This document shows, one piece after another, positions 10,485 to 20,246 of a stretch of 40,409 bases of DNA; positions within the stretch are counted from its first letter, which is position 1; each line of letters starts with the position of its first letter. Made by a program: the position numbers and the translations under genes. The stretch is from Acidobacteria bacterium AH-259-O06 (GTDB taxonomy: Bacteria; Acidobacteriota; UBA6911; RPQK01; JADFOI01), in contig JALLOM010000003.1 of NCBI GenBank assembly GCA_027717865.1, positions 1 to 40,409 on the forward strand, in the 5' to 3' direction. Under the pieces are notes generated by a model that saw only the letters and a program-made list of their open reading frames with translations, had not been told where the DNA came from and made no database searches.

Positions 10485-11464
10485 TTTCCTCACGGAGAGG
10501 CTGTGCGAGGGGTCTCCCGGGTCTTACAACAGGCTCACCTGCCTTTCGGAATCATCACCCGCAGACAGCTTGACCGGTTGAGTGATTACAAACTGGTGAT
10601 CCTTCCCAATGTCCTCCGAATGGACGAAGAGGAGGTGGCAGCGTTTCGCGACTATGTACGACGGGGCGGCTTTCTTTATGCCAGCGGAGAAACCTCACTG
10701 ACGACGACCGAAGGTCATCACAAAGAAGATTTCATGTTGGCTGACGTTTTCGGCTGTCACCTGCAGGACGAGGTGCCCTTAAACGTGAACTACATCAAAC
10801 CTGGAGATGAAGCTCTAAAACAGGCAGTGGCGCCGCAGGACTACGTCAGCGAGGTCCCCGAATCCATGCTGTCAACCATCGCGTCGCCTCCAAAAGGCGG
10901 TGGGACTCAGATCCTGCTTGCTGAAAACCCCGAAGGTGAACCGCTGGCTACGCTGACTTACCCTTACGGAAATCCCGATTTCGGGTCAGTTTTCGACCGT
11001 CGTTGGCAAGTATTCATAGTGCGCCGCCCTGGGAAGATACAAACCATCCAGTGGTCGTTCGTAACCATTTTGGGGAGGGTTGTGTTGTTTACTCGGCGCG
11101 CGTGATCGAAGCGGTAGACGCCGAAGTCAACCAGCGTCTCTTGACCGCGATTCTGAGTTCACTTCTCACTGAGCCAGTAGCTTACGGCGCCGAGGCCCAT
11201 CCTGCGGTATGGATGAACGTTCTATATCAGCCGGAGAACAATCGGTTCATCGTCGGCTTCCTCAACTATCAGGAGACCCTCCCGGTTGTACCAATCTCCC
11301 GTCTTTCATTCTGGCTTCGAGCTCCCGAGGGTAGACGAATCGTTGGTTTGCGAAGCCTGCCGGATGGAACAGAGATCAACTATACCGTGAACGGTGAGGG
11401 AACCCTCCACGCCGAAGTGGACAACCTTGATGTCTTCAAGATGTTGGCGGTTGAATTGGCTTGA
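10485..11464 (+). pseudogene. 5'-truncated, frameshifted glycoside hydrolase C-terminal part (beta-galactosidase trimerisation/GATase-like domain)
   Basis: LQQAHLPFGII...LSDYKLVILPNVLRMDEEEVAAFRDYVRRGG.LYASGETSL. The two track ORFs join as DRRW-ASIHSAPPW if one G is restored at 11005-11006. No catalytic N-terminal domain is present. Confidence 0.7.
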
Positions 11465-11551
11465 GGTTGCTGGCACACAGAAGGAACAAGCTCGAAGTTT
11501 CAACCCTTGTGAAACAATCTGACGGGGGTTGGCAGATGATAGGGAACCGCT

Positions 11552-11980
11552 TCACGCCAGTGGGTTCTTCCAGGTAAGTCCCGGAAATCGGGCGAAGTCC
11601 GCGTCAGTCGAGCAGAGCGTCAACCCGTGCTCAATCGCCAGTGCGGCCAAGTGGGCATCCGGGACGTGATTGGCCCGCAATGCACTGTCTTGGAGTAGAG
11701 ACCCGAGAACCTGCCGATGGCTTTCCGTGGGTAACGGGATCCAGCCGGCCGGACAATCCAACCACTCCTCGACTTGTCGCCAAGCTCCTTCTATAGACTC
11801 GGGGCGTTCGAAGACACGTGGGTTCGACACCAGTCGAACGAACCCCAACAGACTGGGCCAGGGTAGCCCGACTTTCACCGCACCGTTTAAGTGTGAATCC
11901 AACCAGTCCCGGGCAGCTTCGTGCTGCGCGAAAGAGGACACCCGGGCATAAATCAGTAGATTGGCGTCAACCAGTATCAT
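11552..11980 (-). CDS. vapC: VapC-family PIN-domain toxin
   Basis: MILVDANLLIYA...VPDAHLAALAIEHGLTLCSTDADFARFPGL, with the conserved PIN acidic residues. Confidence 0.93.
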   Translation of the reverse strand: MILVDANLLIYARVSSFAQHEAARDWLDSHLNGAVKVGLPWPSLLGFVRLVSNPRVFERPESIEGAWRQVEEWLDCPAGWIPLPTESHRQVLGSLLQDSALRANHVPDAHLAALAIEHGLTLCSTDADFARFPGLTWKNPLA

Positions 11981-12225
11981 CGGAAGGATTCCCCTTCTGC
12001 CACAGCCAGAGCCTCGGAGACGTCATCAATACTGCCAACCAGGCATCGGCCGAGGGCGATTCCCTCTGTTCGATACGGTTTGCGCTCCCGATCAGGCATT
12101 TCTGCTTGCTGCAGCCCGAGTCGAAGCAAGTCATTGACGATTCGTTTTAGACTGGAGTTGCTTTTTTTCCGCAGCCGGTTCAGCTGCACCGCAACATCTT
12201 CGTCGAGTGTCAGCGTGGTTCTCAT
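11977..12225 (-). CDS. vapB: VapB-family (RHH/CopG-like) antitoxin
   Basis: MRTTLTLDEDVA N-terminus, 82 aa, ATGA overlap with vapC. Confidence 0.88.
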   Translation of the reverse strand: MRTTLTLDEDVAVQLNRLRKKSNSSLKRIVNDLLRLGLQQAEMPDRERKPYRTEGIALGRCLVGSIDDVSEALAVAEGESFR

Positions 12226-12262
12226 ACATCACAGCATATAGCATCTGATGTTATGATGTCAA
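12226..12262 (-). promoter_or_regulatory. Leaderless sigma70-type promoter with overlapping operator repeats for vapBC
   Basis: TTGACA(12262-12257)-N18-TATGCT(12238-12233)-N7-ATG. ACATCA (12226-12231) is inverted relative to TGATGT (12246-12251 and 12254-12259). Confidence 0.7.
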
Positions 12263-12320
12263 ATTATCAGCAGAATGATGCCGTGCTGTTCAAAAATTCA
12301 ACCGAATCGTAAGTACTTAT

Positions 12321-12845
12321 CTACTCGATCTCGAACAAGAGATCTCCTGGGTTGACCCTTTCGCCTTGCCTGACTTTGCAGGTTCTCACGGTGCCGGACT
12401 TCGGCGATCTTAACTCATTTTGCATCTTCATGGCCTCGATAATAAGCAGACCCTGTCCAACTTCGACTCTCTGGCCCTCGGCAGCCAGAACGGCGATGAC
12501 CTTTCCTGGCATTTGGGCCCTCAGGGATGCCACACCCGCCATGTGGGGCCGAACCGACTCGAGCCGCAGTTTGTCTTTCAGGCTGTAGATCTGGATCGAG
12601 AAGGTTCGATTGCGCCAATCAATGAGCAGCCGGTGTGCTGTCTCGGTGACGAGGACGTCTTCAATCTTTCCCTTGATTTCTAAGGTCCAACGTCCCTGGC
12701 TGCGACTCAGGACGCGAACCGGCAGCACTTGCTCCCCGTCGGGTCGATGGATTTTTATTTCAAAGTATGATCCCTGCTCGGGGCTGTCTCGCTCCTCTAA
12801 TTCGATGAGATAGGTCTGATTGTCGTACTGGGCCTCAAGTTTCAC
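12321..12845 (-). CDS. Biotin carboxyl carrier protein of acyl-CoA carboxylase
   Basis: MPGKVIAV...IEAMKMQNE biotinylation motif. Start is likely GTG 12845 or ATG 12875, because the track start overlaps the biotin carboxylase gene. Confidence 0.9.
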   Translation of the reverse strand: MKLEAQYDNQTYLIELEERDSPEQGSYFEIKIHRPDGEQVLPVRVLSRSQGRWTLEIKGKIEDVLVTETAHRLLIDWRNRTFSIQIYSLKDKLRLESVRPHMAGVASLRAQMPGKVIAVLAAEGQRVEVGQGLLIIEAMKMQNELRSPKSGTVRTCKVRQGERVNPGDLLFEIE

Positions 12846-12900
12846 GCCGTGCTGCTCGCCCCAAGACGTTACCATACTTATGAGGCGAGGCAGTTCGTTT

Positions 12901-14424
12901 TCACCATTTGCGGAATCGATTGGGGAAGCGCCCGTAATTCTTCCACAGACTATAGGCGCGTTGGGATCTCCGTTTCGGTGTGTGGGCCTGATGGAAGTGG
13001 TCGATAGCAGCGGCAATCAAAGGGATCGTTTCGGCTTTTTCCAGCTCCTTTTCCATCCTCTCCACTAATTGGTGCTCGTCAATAAAGTGCGTGTGAAGGC
13101 CGCCATTAACGAATATGGGATGAGAGAGGAGGACTTCAAAGAAAGGAATTGTGGTCCGCACACCCGCGATCTTGTATTCACGCAGAGCCCTTCGCATTCG
13201 AACAATAGCTTGTTTCCGGCCCTCTCCGTAGGCCACCACCTTAGAGATGAGTGGATCGTACTCAATGGGAATGGTAGATCCGGCACAAACGCCGCTATCA
13301 GTGCGGACGCCGGGACCGGAAGGCTCAAAATAAGTGTTGATCTTGCCGGGCGAAGGCGAAAACTTGTCTTGAGGATCTTCAGCGTAGACGCGACATTCAA
13401 TGGCGGCGCCGCCAAGCCGGATGTCTTCCTGACCATAGCGCAGCTTTCGTCCTGCAGCGACAAGGATTTGCTCGCGTACCAGATCGATGCCCGTCACCAT
13501 TTCCGTGACCGGGTGCTCCACCTGAAGGCGAGTATTCATCTCCAGGAAATAAAACTTGCACTCTTCGGGTGTACTCGCTGCCTCGACCATAAACTCGACC
13601 GTTCCCGCATTGTAATAATCGGCAGTCCTGGCAACGGCCACAGCTGCTTCGCCAAGTCTCTGCCGGAGCTCATTGTCAACCAGAGGCGACGGGCTTTCTT
13701 CAACAAGTTTCTGGTGACGCCGCTGAATAGAGCATTCCCTTTCTGCAAGGTGAATTAAGTTGCCCTCCAGGTCCCCCAGCACTTGAATCTCAATGTGACG
13801 CGGTTTGACCAGGTACTTTTCCATAAAGACAGTCGGGTCATTAAAGGAGGACCTGGCTTCGCTGCGGGCCGTTTCATAAACGGACCGGAGCTCCTGCTCA
13901 GTGGAGACTACCCTTAAGCCTTTGCCTCCGCCTCCAGCACTGGCCTTGAGCATCACCGGGTATCCGATTTGAGAAGCGGCCGTCAGAGCGTCTTCCATCG
14001 ACTGAAGGGCTCTCTCGGTACCCGGCACGATCCGTACTCCAGCCTCATGAACGGCTGCCCGGCTGGCAATCTTGTTCCCCATCAACTTCATGGAGGCAGC
14101 TGAGGGGCCAATGAACACCAACCTGGAGTCCGCACAGGCCTGGGCGAATTTCTCATTTTCTGCCAGGAAACCGTATCCAGGGTGGATTGCCTCCGCTCCA
14201 GACTTTTGCGCGGCATCGATGATCTTTTCGATTACCAGGTAGCTTTGCGTGGATGGGGAAGGCCCGATGCAGCGAGCCTCATCGGACAGCTTGACGTGAA
14301 GGGCCTCTCGATCAGCGTCTGAATAGACCACTACCGGCGATATACCCAGATCCCGACAGGCCCGGATAATTCGGACTGCAATCTCCCCCCGATTGGCGAT
14401 TAGAATCTTTTTGAATGGCGGCAT
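12901..14424 (-). CDS. accC: Biotin carboxylase subunit (acetyl/propionyl-CoA carboxylase alpha)
   Basis: KILIANRGEIA, HPGYGFLAEN, KASAGGGGKG, ERECSIQRRHQK, EMNTRLQVEHPVTE. Confidence 0.95.
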   Translation of the reverse strand: MPPFKKILIANRGEIAVRIIRACRDLGISPVVVYSDADREALHVKLSDEARCIGPSPSTQSYLVIEKIIDAAQKSGAEAIHPGYGFLAENEKFAQACADSRLVFIGPSAASMKLMGNKIASRAAVHEAGVRIVPGTERALQSMEDALTAASQIGYPVMLKASAGGGGKGLRVVSTEQELRSVYETARSEARSSFNDPTVFMEKYLVKPRHIEIQVLGDLEGNLIHLAERECSIQRRHQKLVEESPSPLVDNELRQRLGEAAVAVARTADYYNAGTVEFMVEAASTPEECKFYFLEMNTRLQVEHPVTEMVTGIDLVREQILVAAGRKLRYGQEDIRLGGAAIECRVYAEDPQDKFSPSPGKINTYFEPSGPGVRTDSGVCAGSTIPIEYDPLISKVVAYGEGRKQAIVRMRRALREYKIAGVRTTIPFFEVLLSHPIFVNGGLHTHFIDEHQLVERMEKELEKAETIPLIAAAIDHFHQAHTPKRRSQRAYSLWKNYGRFPNRFRKW

Positions 14425-14428
14425 TTTA

Positions 14429-14555
14429 CCAGGAGCCAGAATCCAGAATTCAGAATCCAGAAGGCTGACCGCCGGCGACTGACAATACTCAACAGCTCAC
14501 AGCTCAAAACTCAGAACTCAGGACTCAGAACTCACAGCTCAACAGCTCAAAAGCT
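14429..14555. repeat. Two degenerate heptamer tandem arrays (CCAGAAT-type 14429-14462; CTCACAG/CTCAGAA-type 14488-14555)
   Basis: ccaggag ccagaat ccagaat tcagaat ccagaa; ctcacag ctcaaaa ctcagaa ctcagga ctcagaa ctcacag. Read directly from the sequence. Confidence 0.9.
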
Positions 14556-14559
14556 TCAG

Positions 14560-16110
14560 TCACAGCGGTATATTTCCATGCTTTCGGGGCGGATTCGTAT
14601 CACGCTTGTTGGCAGTCATCTCCAGAGCCCGAATGAGTTTGGACCGTGTGTGCTGAGGCTCAATGACCTCGTCAATATAGCCTCGCTGCGCGGCAATGTA
14701 GGGATTGGCGAATTTCCTTCGAAATTCTTCCACTTTCTCCTCTTTAAATTTCTGCGGATCAGAACTCGCCTCAAGTTCTTTACGGTATAAGATTTCTACA
14801 GCCCCTTGTGGACCCATCACGGCAATTTCAGCCGTCGGATACGCGTAATTCATGTCCGCCCGGATGTGTTTGGATGCCATTACACAGTAGGCCCCCCCAT
14901 AAGCCTTGCGTGTGATGAGTGTGATCTTGGGCACCGTTGCCTCGGCAAAGGCATAAAGAAGTTTAGCGCCGTGTTTAATGACCCCACCATGTTCCTGGCT
15001 GACCCCGGGTAGAAACCCCGGCACGTCTTCAAAGACTACGAGGGGGATGTTAAAAGCATCACAAAAGCGAACGAACCGAGCTGCTTTGACTGACGAGTTA
15101 ATGTCCAGAGTTCCTGCCAGGACGGCCGGCTGGTTGGAGACAATTCCCACCGGAAACCCGTTTAATCGAGCAAACCCGATCACGATGTTTTCGGCAAAGT
15201 GGGGATGCACCTCAACAAAGTCGTGGTCGTCCACGACCGAGTGGATGACATCCTTGATATCGTACGGCTTATCGGGATCGGCGGGGACGAGTGTGTTCAA
15301 CTTTGGATCAACCCTGTCCGGGTTGTCCGAAGACTCTTGATGAGGCGGATCCTCCATGTTATTTGAAGGAAGAAAGGAGAGTAGCTTACGGATCTTAGCC
15401 AGGCATTCTTCATCGCTGTTGGCGGCAAAGTGGGCCACTCCGCTGGTGGTGGTGTGGGTGGTAGCTCCTCCCAGTTCGGATTTTGTCACTTCTTCCTGAG
15501 TGACAGTCTTGATGACGTCCGGCCCTGTAATGAACATGTAACTCGTCTTGTGCACCATAAAAATGAAGTCAGTAATGGCAGGCGAATAGACGGCTCCGCC
15601 GGCACAGGGACCCATAATTGCGGAAATTTGCGGAATTACACCACTAGCAAGAGTGTTGCGCAAGAAAATGTCGGCATAGCCGGCCAGGCTAACCACCCCT
15701 TCCTGTATGCGGGCCCCTCCGCTGTCATTGAGACCGATGACCGGGGCCCCCATTTTCATGGCCAGGTCCATCAGCTTGCAGATTTTGGCGGCGTAGGTCT
15801 CAGAGAGGCTTCCCCCAAAAACTGTGAAGTCCTGGGCAAAGACGTAGAGCAGGCGACCATCGATCTTGCCATAACCGGTAATCACCCCATCCCCTGGGAT
15901 CTTTCTTTGTTCCATTCCCAGGTCGGAACAGCGGTGCACCACAAACTTGTCTGATTCCTCAAAAGTGCCTTCGTCGAGGAGAAAATGAATACGTTCTCGA
16001 GCCGTCAGCTTACCCGCTTTGTGCTGCCGCTCAATGCGTTCCTCACCGCCACCTTTTTCCGCCTCAAGATGACGATCTCGCAGCTCCTTTAGTTTTTCCT
16101 CAACGTCCAT
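14560..16110 (-). CDS. pccB: Acyl-CoA (propionyl/methylmalonyl-CoA) carboxylase carboxyltransferase beta subunit
   Basis: [57 protein letters not shown]. Start ATG 16110; the track's extra N-terminus is translated repeat. Confidence 0.93.
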   Translation of the reverse strand: MDVEEKLKELRDRHLEAEKGGGEERIERQHKAGKLTARERIHFLLDEGTFEESDKFVVHRCSDLGMEQRKIPGDGVITGYGKIDGRLLYVFAQDFTVFGGSLSETYAAKICKLMDLAMKMGAPVIGLNDSGGARIQEGVVSLAGYADIFLRNTLASGVIPQISAIMGPCAGGAVYSPAITDFIFMVHKTSYMFITGPDVIKTVTQEEVTKSELGGATTHTTTSGVAHFAANSDEECLAKIRKLLSFLPSNNMEDPPHQESSDNPDRVDPKLNTLVPADPDKPYDIKDVIHSVVDDHDFVEVHPHFAENIVIGFARLNGFPVGIVSNQPAVLAGTLDINSSVKAARFVRFCDAFNIPLVVFEDVPGFLPGVSQEHGGVIKHGAKLLYAFAEATVPKITLITRKAYGGAYCVMASKHIRADMNYAYPTAEIAVMGPQGAVEILYRKELEASSDPQKFKEEKVEEFRRKFANPYIAAQRGYIDEVIEPQHTRSKLIRALEMTANKRDTNPPRKHGNIPL

Positions 16111-16119
16111 GTCCTTTTG

Positions 16120-16226
16120 AAGTTCCAAGTTCCAGGTTCCAAGTTCCAAGTTCCAGGTTTCAGGTTTCAGGTTGAAGTCTGAGAATTCTCTTCTGGATTC
16201 TGACTTCTGACTCCTGGCTCCTGGCT
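16120..16226. repeat. Two heptamer arrays (AAGTTCC/AGGTTTC 16120-16173; TTCTGAC/TCCTGGC 16191-16226)
   Basis: aagttcc aagttcc aggttcc aagttcc aagttcc aggtttc aggtttc; ttctgga ttctgac ttctgac tcctggc tcctggc. Confidence 0.9.
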
Positions 16227-16230
16227 CCCT

Positions 16231-16887
16231 TCAACTGTGAACGAGCTGCTTTTGCCTTTCCCAATCGGCGAGAAACTTCTGCAGTCCGATGTCGCTGAGC
16301 GGGTGTTTAACCAGTTGGTTCAGCACCTTGTAAGGTAATGTCGCGATGTGGGCACCCAATTTGGCTGCCTTCAGAACATGCAGTGGATGGCGGATGGAGG
16401 CAACCAAGAGCTCGGTTTTAAACTGGTAGTTATCGTAGATGGTGAGGATGTCGGAGATAAGATCCAGACCATCGGCACTGATATCATCCAACCTTCCCAC
16501 AAAAGGGCTGACAATGCTTGCCCCATTCTTGGCAGCCAGCAGTGCCTGGGTAGCACTGAAAACCAGGGTGACATTGACCCGGATACCTTCCTGACTCACT
16601 ACGTGCAAAGCCTTCAGACCCTCACGGATCATGGGTATCTTGACGACGACATTTTTGTGGATCTTGGCCAGTCGCCGCGCTTCGTCGATAATTTCCTGTG
16701 ATTCGGTCGACACCACTTCAAGGCTCACCGGGCCATCCACCAGGTCACAGATCTCTTTTGCCACCTCTTCCAGATCTCTTCCCTCCTTGGCAACCAGGGA
16801 TGGATTGGTGGTAACACCATCCACAATTCCCATTGACACGCCTTCACGGATTTCCTCAATGTTAGCCGTGTCCAGAAAGAATTTCAT
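16231..16887 (-). CDS. tal: Transaldolase, small FSA/TalC type
   Basis: [45 protein letters not shown]; GGAGG RBS. Confidence 0.93.
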   Translation of the reverse strand: MKFFLDTANIEEIREGVSMGIVDGVTTNPSLVAKEGRDLEEVAKEICDLVDGPVSLEVVSTESQEIIDEARRLAKIHKNVVVKIPMIREGLKALHVVSQEGIRVNVTLVFSATQALLAAKNGASIVSPFVGRLDDISADGLDLISDILTIYDNYQFKTELLVASIRHPLHVLKAAKLGAHIATLPYKVLNQLVKHPLSDIGLQKFLADWERQKQLVHS

Positions 16888-17969
16888 CGTATTCCTCCTT
16901 TTGGTCCTTCTATTATACTGATACTCACCGTTTCCGATTTCGGACTTTCGTTCCCCGCCTTGTCGACGGCGGAAACCTGATAGTAGTAGGTCTTACCTGA
17001 GGTTACCGATTCATCCTGGTAAATGTTGATCCTAACCAATTGCGATGACTTTTCTAGCTGGTTCGGATCTGTTCCTCGATAGACAAAGTAACCTCTCAGA
17101 TCCGCTTCTTTGTTTGCATCCCAGAAAATTCTAACTTTTCCCTCTAAGTCAAGGGCGGTAATATTTTGAGGAACTGAAGGGGGGAACTCATCTCTCGGAA
17201 CCACTTTTAGTGTGTCACTAAATTCACTGAGAATCAGAGGATCCGCCCTGCGGGTGACACTTTGCACCTGGTAAGATTGCACTTCTCCGAACTGAAATTC
17301 AAGGTCGGTATATTCTGGGTTGCTAACAAAGTGTTCCGAGTTCACGAGATAACCCACCAAGTGGACCGGTCGAGAACCATCGATATTCTCTGTGGGCGGA
17401 TCCCATCTCACCATGATTCGATCTTGCTGAACCTCCCGTCTCAGATTGCTCGGCGGCTGGGCGGGAGGGAGGCGTGCAGCCTGAACCATGTTTGAAAAAG
17501 GGGATCGGCGCCCCTGGCGGTTGACGAAACGAAGTGTGTAGCTGCACGTTTGGCTGAGCCCCGGGCGATCTTCGAAAAGAAATTTCTCCTGTTCCCGGTA
17601 GACCAAAAGCTTATTGCGCTCGATACGAGCTAGCGGTTCAGCTTCCTCACTCGGGGTGAGAATCGTCCCGCACTGGCGGTAGACCTCTACCCACCGAATC
17701 TCTTCAGGCGGAAGTGAGAACACGATCTGGAAACGATCTCCTGCCTGGATCCCTTCCAGGTCGGTCACAGTACCTGGATGGAGAATCACAGGAGGAAGTG
17801 GATCTGCCACCTTGGCACAAGCACTGAGCAAGAGGCAGCTGACAGCTGAGAGCTGACAACTGACAACTGACAACTGAGAACTGGGGAGGTGTGTCGAGGT
17901 ATTTAAGAGGAGCAAGCCAACCAACAATCGATGACGGGTGCTTGGATGCGTGCAGTTGGCACTTCTCAC
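16884..17969 (-). CDS. Lipoprotein with fibronectin type III domains
   Basis: Lipobox LLSA-C followed by AKVADPLPP; FN3 motifs ([31 protein letters not shown]). Start placed at GTG 17969, with GGAG 7 nt upstream. Confidence 0.8.
   Translation of the reverse strand: MRSANCTHPSTRHRLLVGLLLLNTSTHLPSSQLSVVSCQLSAVSCLLLSACAKVADPLPPVILHPGTVTDLEGIQAGDRFQIVFSLPPEEIRWVEVYRQCGTILTPSEEAEPLARIERNKLLVYREQEKFLFEDRPGLSQTCSYTLRFVNRQGRRSPFSNMVQAARLPPAQPPSNLRREVQQDRIMVRWDPPTENIDGSRPVHLVGYLVNSEHFVSNPEYTDLEFQFGEVQSYQVQSVTRRADPLILSEFSDTLKVVPRDEFPPSVPQNITALDLEGKVRIFWDANKEADLRGYFVYRGTDPNQLEKSSQLVRINIYQDESVTSGKTYYYQVSAVDKAGNESPKSETVSISIIEGPKGGIR
17836..17883. repeat. CARCTGA heptamer array inside the lipoprotein signal-peptide coding region
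   Basis: cagctga cagctga gagctga caactga caactga caactga gaactg. Confidence 0.9.
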
Positions 17970-17991
17970 ACGAAGGCTCCGTTCCAGCTTG

Positions 17992-18141
17992 AAGGCTCCA
18001 AGCTCCACGTTTCAAGTTCCAGGTTCCAGGTTTCAAGGCGTGATCAAGCGGTCCCCGATCAGTTATCAGCTGTATCAGCTGTCCGCTGTGCTGTGAGTTG
18101 TCAGCTGTGAGTTGTCAGCTGTGAGTTGTCAGCTGTCAGCC
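17992..18141. repeat. Two heptamer arrays (AAGTTCC/AGGTTCC-type 17992-18036; TCAGCTG/TGAGTTG-type 18060-18141)
   Basis: aagctcc acgtttc aagttcc aggttcc aggtttc; (tgagttg tcagctg)x3. Confidence 0.9.
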
Positions 18142-18151
18142 GGTCAACTGC

Positions 18152-19567
18152 TCACAGAATGTAGCGGGACAGATCTTGATTCTTCACAATTTCCGCTAAC
18201 TGATCCCGGACGTACTTTCCATCGATAATGACTTGTGTCCTGGACAAATTAGGCGCCTCGAAGGAGATTTCTTCTAAAAGTGCCTCCATGATCGTGTGCA
18301 GGCGGCGAGCCCCAATGTTCTCGGTATTTTCGTTCACAAGGTTGGCCAGATGAGCAATTTCGCCAATGCCATCCTTGGTAAATTTCAATCGGACACCTTC
18401 AGTTGCCAGAAGATCCCTATACTGCTTGACCAGAGCGTTTTTGGGCTCTCGGAGAATTCGAACGAAATCGTTTTCGGTCAAGGAGTCCATTTCAACTCTG
18501 ACGGGAAATCTCCCCTGCAGTTCTGGAATGAGATCGGAGGGTTTCGAGACGTGGAAGGCTCCGGCAGCCACAAACAGGATGTGATCGGTGCGAAGCATCC
18601 CGTAGCGGGTGCTGACAGTGGTTCCCTCGACGATGGGTAAAATGTCCCGCTGCACACCTTCTCGGCTGATCTCGGGCCCTTGTCCGGTTTCTCTTCCCGC
18701 AATCTTGTCAATTTCGTCGATAAAAACAATGCCTGACTCTTCGACTCGCTCCAGGGCCTCTCGAGTCACCTGCTCCATATCAATGAGTTTGGATTCTTCC
18801 TCCACACTGAGGTAGTCCAAGGCTTCCTCGACGCTCATTTTGTGCTTTCGCTTGCGCGTTCCAAAGATGCCGGGCAAGAAATCCTTAATGTTAACGTCCA
18901 TTTCCTCGATGCCCTGGCTGGTGATAATCTCAAAAGAGGGAAAACTGCGGCCGGGAACTTCCAACTCTACGCTTCTGTGGTTCAACTTGCCCTCTCGAAG
19001 CTGACGACGTAATTTCTCACGAGTTTGGTTAAATTTCTGGAGTCTTTCCGAGCTGAGTTGCTTGTCGAGTTCGGTCTGCGAAGCCTTCGCTTTTGTCTTC
19101 TTGAGAGGCGGAAGCAAAAGGTCGAGCAGTCGTTTTTCCGCAGTGCGTTGTGCTTTTTCTTCCACCTCGGCCGCCCTTTTCTGCCGAATCATTTCCACCG
19201 CGATATCGACCAGGTCCCGAATGATGGACTCGACATCACGGCCGACGTAACCCACTTCGGTGAACTTACTGGCTTCTACTTTCAGAAAGGGGGAATTGGC
19301 CAGCCGAGCCAGGCGGCGCGCGATTTCTGTCTTTCCGACGCCTGTCGATCCAATCATGAGGATGTTCTTGGGTTGGATTTCTTCGGCCATTTCCGCAGAT
19401 AACTTCTGTCTGCGCATTCGATTCCGAAGTGCCACTGCCACTGCGCGCTTGGCCTTGCGTTGGCCCACCACGTACTTGTCGAGCTCATACACAATCTGCC
19501 CGGGTGTCATCTCATCCAGATTGAAGGGACCTTCTTCGAGTTGTGTTTTTAATGGGTGAGTAGCCAT
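18152..19567 (-). CDS. hslU: ATP-dependent protease ATPase subunit HslU
   Basis: [62 protein letters not shown]. Confidence 0.97.
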   Translation of the reverse strand: MATHPLKTQLEEGPFNLDEMTPGQIVYELDKYVVGQRKAKRAVAVALRNRMRRQKLSAEMAEEIQPKNILMIGSTGVGKTEIARRLARLANSPFLKVEASKFTEVGYVGRDVESIIRDLVDIAVEMIRQKRAAEVEEKAQRTAEKRLLDLLLPPLKKTKAKASQTELDKQLSSERLQKFNQTREKLRRQLREGKLNHRSVELEVPGRSFPSFEIITSQGIEEMDVNIKDFLPGIFGTRKRKHKMSVEEALDYLSVEEESKLIDMEQVTREALERVEESGIVFIDEIDKIAGRETGQGPEISREGVQRDILPIVEGTTVSTRYGMLRTDHILFVAAGAFHVSKPSDLIPELQGRFPVRVEMDSLTENDFVRILREPKNALVKQYRDLLATEGVRLKFTKDGIGEIAHLANLVNENTENIGARRLHTIMEALLEEISFEAPNLSRTQVIIDGKYVRDQLAEIVKNQDLSRYIL

Positions 19568-19610
19568 GACGAAAATTAGAAATTCAAGTCGATAACCACT
19601 TAGAAATGAT

Positions 19611-20144
19611 TCAAAGGGATTCGACAGTTATGCAGGTGTTTGTATAGACACAAATCTCTCCTGCGATTTTCAGAGATTCCTCGGCAATTTCGGGTGCTGA
19701 TTTCTTTGTAAACTTCAGCAGAGCGCGAGCTGCTGCCAGGGCATATGGACCTCCGGATCCAATGGCAATGAGGCCATCGTCCGGTTCAATCAAGTCTCCA
19801 TCTCCAGAAACCAAGAAGGAATTAGTTTTGTCGCTAATTACCAGGAGTGCATGCAAGTGTCGCAAGACTTTGTCGGTGCGCCATTCCTTGGCTAATTCCA
19901 CGGCAGCTCGGGGAAGGTTTCCATGAAACTCTTCCAACTTGCTCTCAAAGCGAGCGAAAAGAGAAAAGGCATCGGCCGTTGAGCCGGCAAAGCCGGCTAA
20001 AACCTGATCATCGTGAAGACGGCGAATCTTCCTGGCTGTACCCTTGATGATCGTGTCCTCCAGACTCACTTGGCCGTCTCCGGCCAGAGCAACCTGGCTG
20101 CCACGCCTGACTAAAAGTATGGTCGTACCCCGCAGAGCTGCCAT
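19611..20144 (-). CDS. hslV: ATP-dependent protease peptidase subunit HslV
   Basis: GTTIL (catalytic Thr), [30 protein letters not shown]. Confidence 0.97.
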   Translation of the reverse strand: MAALRGTTILLVRRGSQVALAGDGQVSLEDTIIKGTARKIRRLHDDQVLAGFAGSTADAFSLFARFESKLEEFHGNLPRAAVELAKEWRTDKVLRHLHALLVISDKTNSFLVSGDGDLIEPDDGLIAIGSGGPYALAAARALLKFTKKSAPEIAEESLKIAGEICVYTNTCITVESL

Positions 20145-20196
20145 AATGGACTCAAGTATAATATAAGCCTCAGCAGCCGAGCAAAAGCAGCGTCGA

Positions 20197-20232
20197 GTTT
20201 CAGGTTTCAGCTTTCAACCTGGAACCTGGAAC
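20197..20232 (+). repeat. Heptamer-built hairpin in the thrC leader
   Basis: gtttcaggtttcag-N8-ctggaacctggaac pairs over 14 bp on the + strand, with two G-U pairs. Confidence 0.75.
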
Positions 20233-20246
20233 GTCATGGAGTGAGC

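Noticed and set aside
16111-16149. N-terminal extension [13 protein letters not shown] on pccB (and MELGAFKLERS on the FN3 gene)
   Set aside because: These are translations of heptamer arrays; family-like sequence starts at the downstream start codon.
14429-18141. Repeat arrays as CRISPR
   Set aside because: Units are contiguous 7-mers with no unique spacers, and no cas genes are present.
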